Assembly (NCBI GenBank): GCA_035084275.1
Contig: CM068778.1
Location: forward strand, 1,488,001 to 1,552,000
Source of the DNA: Hydrolagus colliei
Lineage: Eukaryota
Direction: 5' to 3'
Length of the DNA: 64,000 nucleotides
Under the pieces are notes generated by a model. That model did not search any database. It was not told the DNA's origin and saw nothing but the letters and a program-made list of their open reading frames with translations. Positions 63,723-64,000 of this stretch are shown piece after piece. The translations under genes were made by a program, and so were the position numbers. Within the stretch, counting starts at the first letter, position 1. Each line of letters begins with the position of its first letter.

Positions 63723-64000
63723 TAGGTTCATAGAGTCATAGAATTTTACGGCACAAAAGGAGGCCATTCGGCCCATCTAGTCTGTGCTGGCTCTTTGAAA
63801 AGAGCGATTCAATCCCACTGCCCTGCCCGCTCCCCATAGCCTAATAGACCTGTTCTCCCTAAATAAAGATCTAATTCCCTTTTAAAAGTTGTTATCGAAT
63901 CAGCCTCCACCACCTTTTCAGGCAATGCATTACAGATTCGAACAACTCGCTGAGTGAAAAAATTTATCCTCAGCTCCCCTCTACTTTGCCTTGAAACTAT
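63723..64000 (-). mobile_element. CR1-clade LINE, copy 5 (3' end; duplicate of copies 3 and 4), cut by the window edge
   Basis: Reverse complement of the tail, 3' UTR and ORF2 C-terminus, at the same site as copies 3 and 4. Confidence 0.93.

Larger units (their letters stand above)
51888..64000 (+). repeat. Segmental duplication block C (V37-V46, runs off the window)
   Basis: Same order as blocks A and B but with one copy of the inner 2.47-kb unit. Ends inside the same antisense CR1. Confidence 0.88.

Noticed and set aside
1-64000. CRISPR-like or prokaryotic array interpretation of the regular repeat/variable pattern
   Set aside because: The units are spliced Ig-superfamily V genes with RAG signals in vertebrate DNA. 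Unit size is about 1.2 kb and there are no cas genes.

Overview
Vertebrate genomic DNA, most likely from a cartilaginous fish, judged by the shark/ray-type CR1/HER1-like LINE 3' ends and the V-domain style. The whole window is a dense tandem array of antigen-receptor variable gene segments, all on the + strand. I count 46 units and label them V1-V46 (my labels). A complete unit has a 49-nt leader exon (MSLSFLTVSLISILWP, phase 1, GTGAG donor), an intron of about 200-290 nt, a V exon of about 300 nt (C23, W41 and C104; ends CAAREG/CAARQG) and a 3' RSS (heptamer CACAGYG, 23-nt spacer, nonamer ACATAAACC). These features best fit a T-cell receptor beta V (TRBV) cluster; the chain assignment is an inference. 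No D, J or C segment is in the window. 40 units have an intact V exon. About 35 of these look functional and 5 have a clearly damaged RSS (CGC heptamer or 21-nt spacer). Six units are structural pseudogenes. From about 9.4 kb onward the array is three tandem copies of a multi-gene block (about 22.5 kb, about 19.9 kb and over 12 kb), differing by unequal crossovers, deletions and one private LINE. Five CR1 copies derive from three independent insertions, two of them inside V exons. The most interesting signals are germline shuffling of CDR1/CDR2/HV4 patches between near-identical frameworks, birth and loss of V genes by crossover inside V exons, and slippage in the GA-repeat RSS spacer. There are no prokaryotic features. 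Most short ORFs in the track are antisense or intronic artefacts of the repeat unit.
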